64,000 bases of DNA from Gnetum montanum (Eukaryota > Plantae > Gnetophyta), in the NCBI GenBank assembly GCA_015680685.1, contig MNCI01002331.1, positions 407,264-471,263 on the forward strand, in the 5' to 3' direction. Positions 63,641-64,000 of the stretch are shown here, piece after piece. The notes under the pieces were generated by a model. It did not search any database, was not told the origin of the DNA, and worked only from the letters and a program-made list of their open reading frames with translations. A program made the translations under genes and the position numbers. The stretch's first letter is position 1, and each line of letters starts with the position of its first letter.

Positions 63641-64000
63641 GAGATTATATTATATTTCTATTACAAAATCGTAAAGCTTAGTGGCACTTAGAATTTAAAA
63701 TTTAAATTAGATTAGATTAGGGATCTAAACAAAGTACATAATACAATACATATAGTGTGGAGCCCTATTTTAGAAAAACTTGCTTTAAAATATTATTATA
63801 TATAATTCATTACCTATTAAAAATTTGCCATATTGATTATCCCATTTAAAGTCACATTAAAGTTAGCATAAAATGCTCCTCATTTTATGTATACTTCCTA
63901 ACTTCCTAAATCACATAATTTTCTCCTAGCTTATTGGACAAGTAATCCTCTGATTGGTTAGTCAAATTACTTAAGAGAGAAGATAGGAGAGATATTTTTG

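Overview
Land-plant nuclear DNA that is almost entirely a heavily decayed (CG/CHG-depleted) nest of transposable elements. No intact host gene, RNA gene or CRISPR array is evident. From left to right: (1) the tail of a Tat-type LTR, inserted into (2) a minus-strand autonomous Athila-like Ty3/Gypsy element (126-6740); (3) a minus-strand Tat-type pol split into pieces (7640-9440 and 24040-25164); (4) two pol-less gag-only Athila-like elements, one nested antisense inside the other (11703-23966 containing 15140-21625); (5) a Sola1/DUF7869-like DDE transposase interrupted by a Helitron2/Helentron-type element with an intron-containing RepHel gene and a 473-bp terminal foldback (31477-37793); (6) a full-length 18.4-kb Tat/Ogre-like element with both LTRs and TSD (38290-56659); (7) a pol-less SIRE-like Copia derivative, another Athila-like LTR and a CpG-retaining island at the right end. 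The most unusual feature is in the Tat element. Its protease and RT are separated by about 5.5 kb carrying an antisense, multi-intron gene: a Cys-rich exon, an FCP1/NIF HAD-phosphatase-like domain, a plant-mobile-domain-like segment and a coiled coil. A second, older Tat copy in the same window has a homologous antisense FCP1-like gene in the same position with an intron at the same codon and phase. This suggests a conserved retrotransposon accessory system rather than a chance insertion. All domain calls come from manual motif recognition, not database searches.
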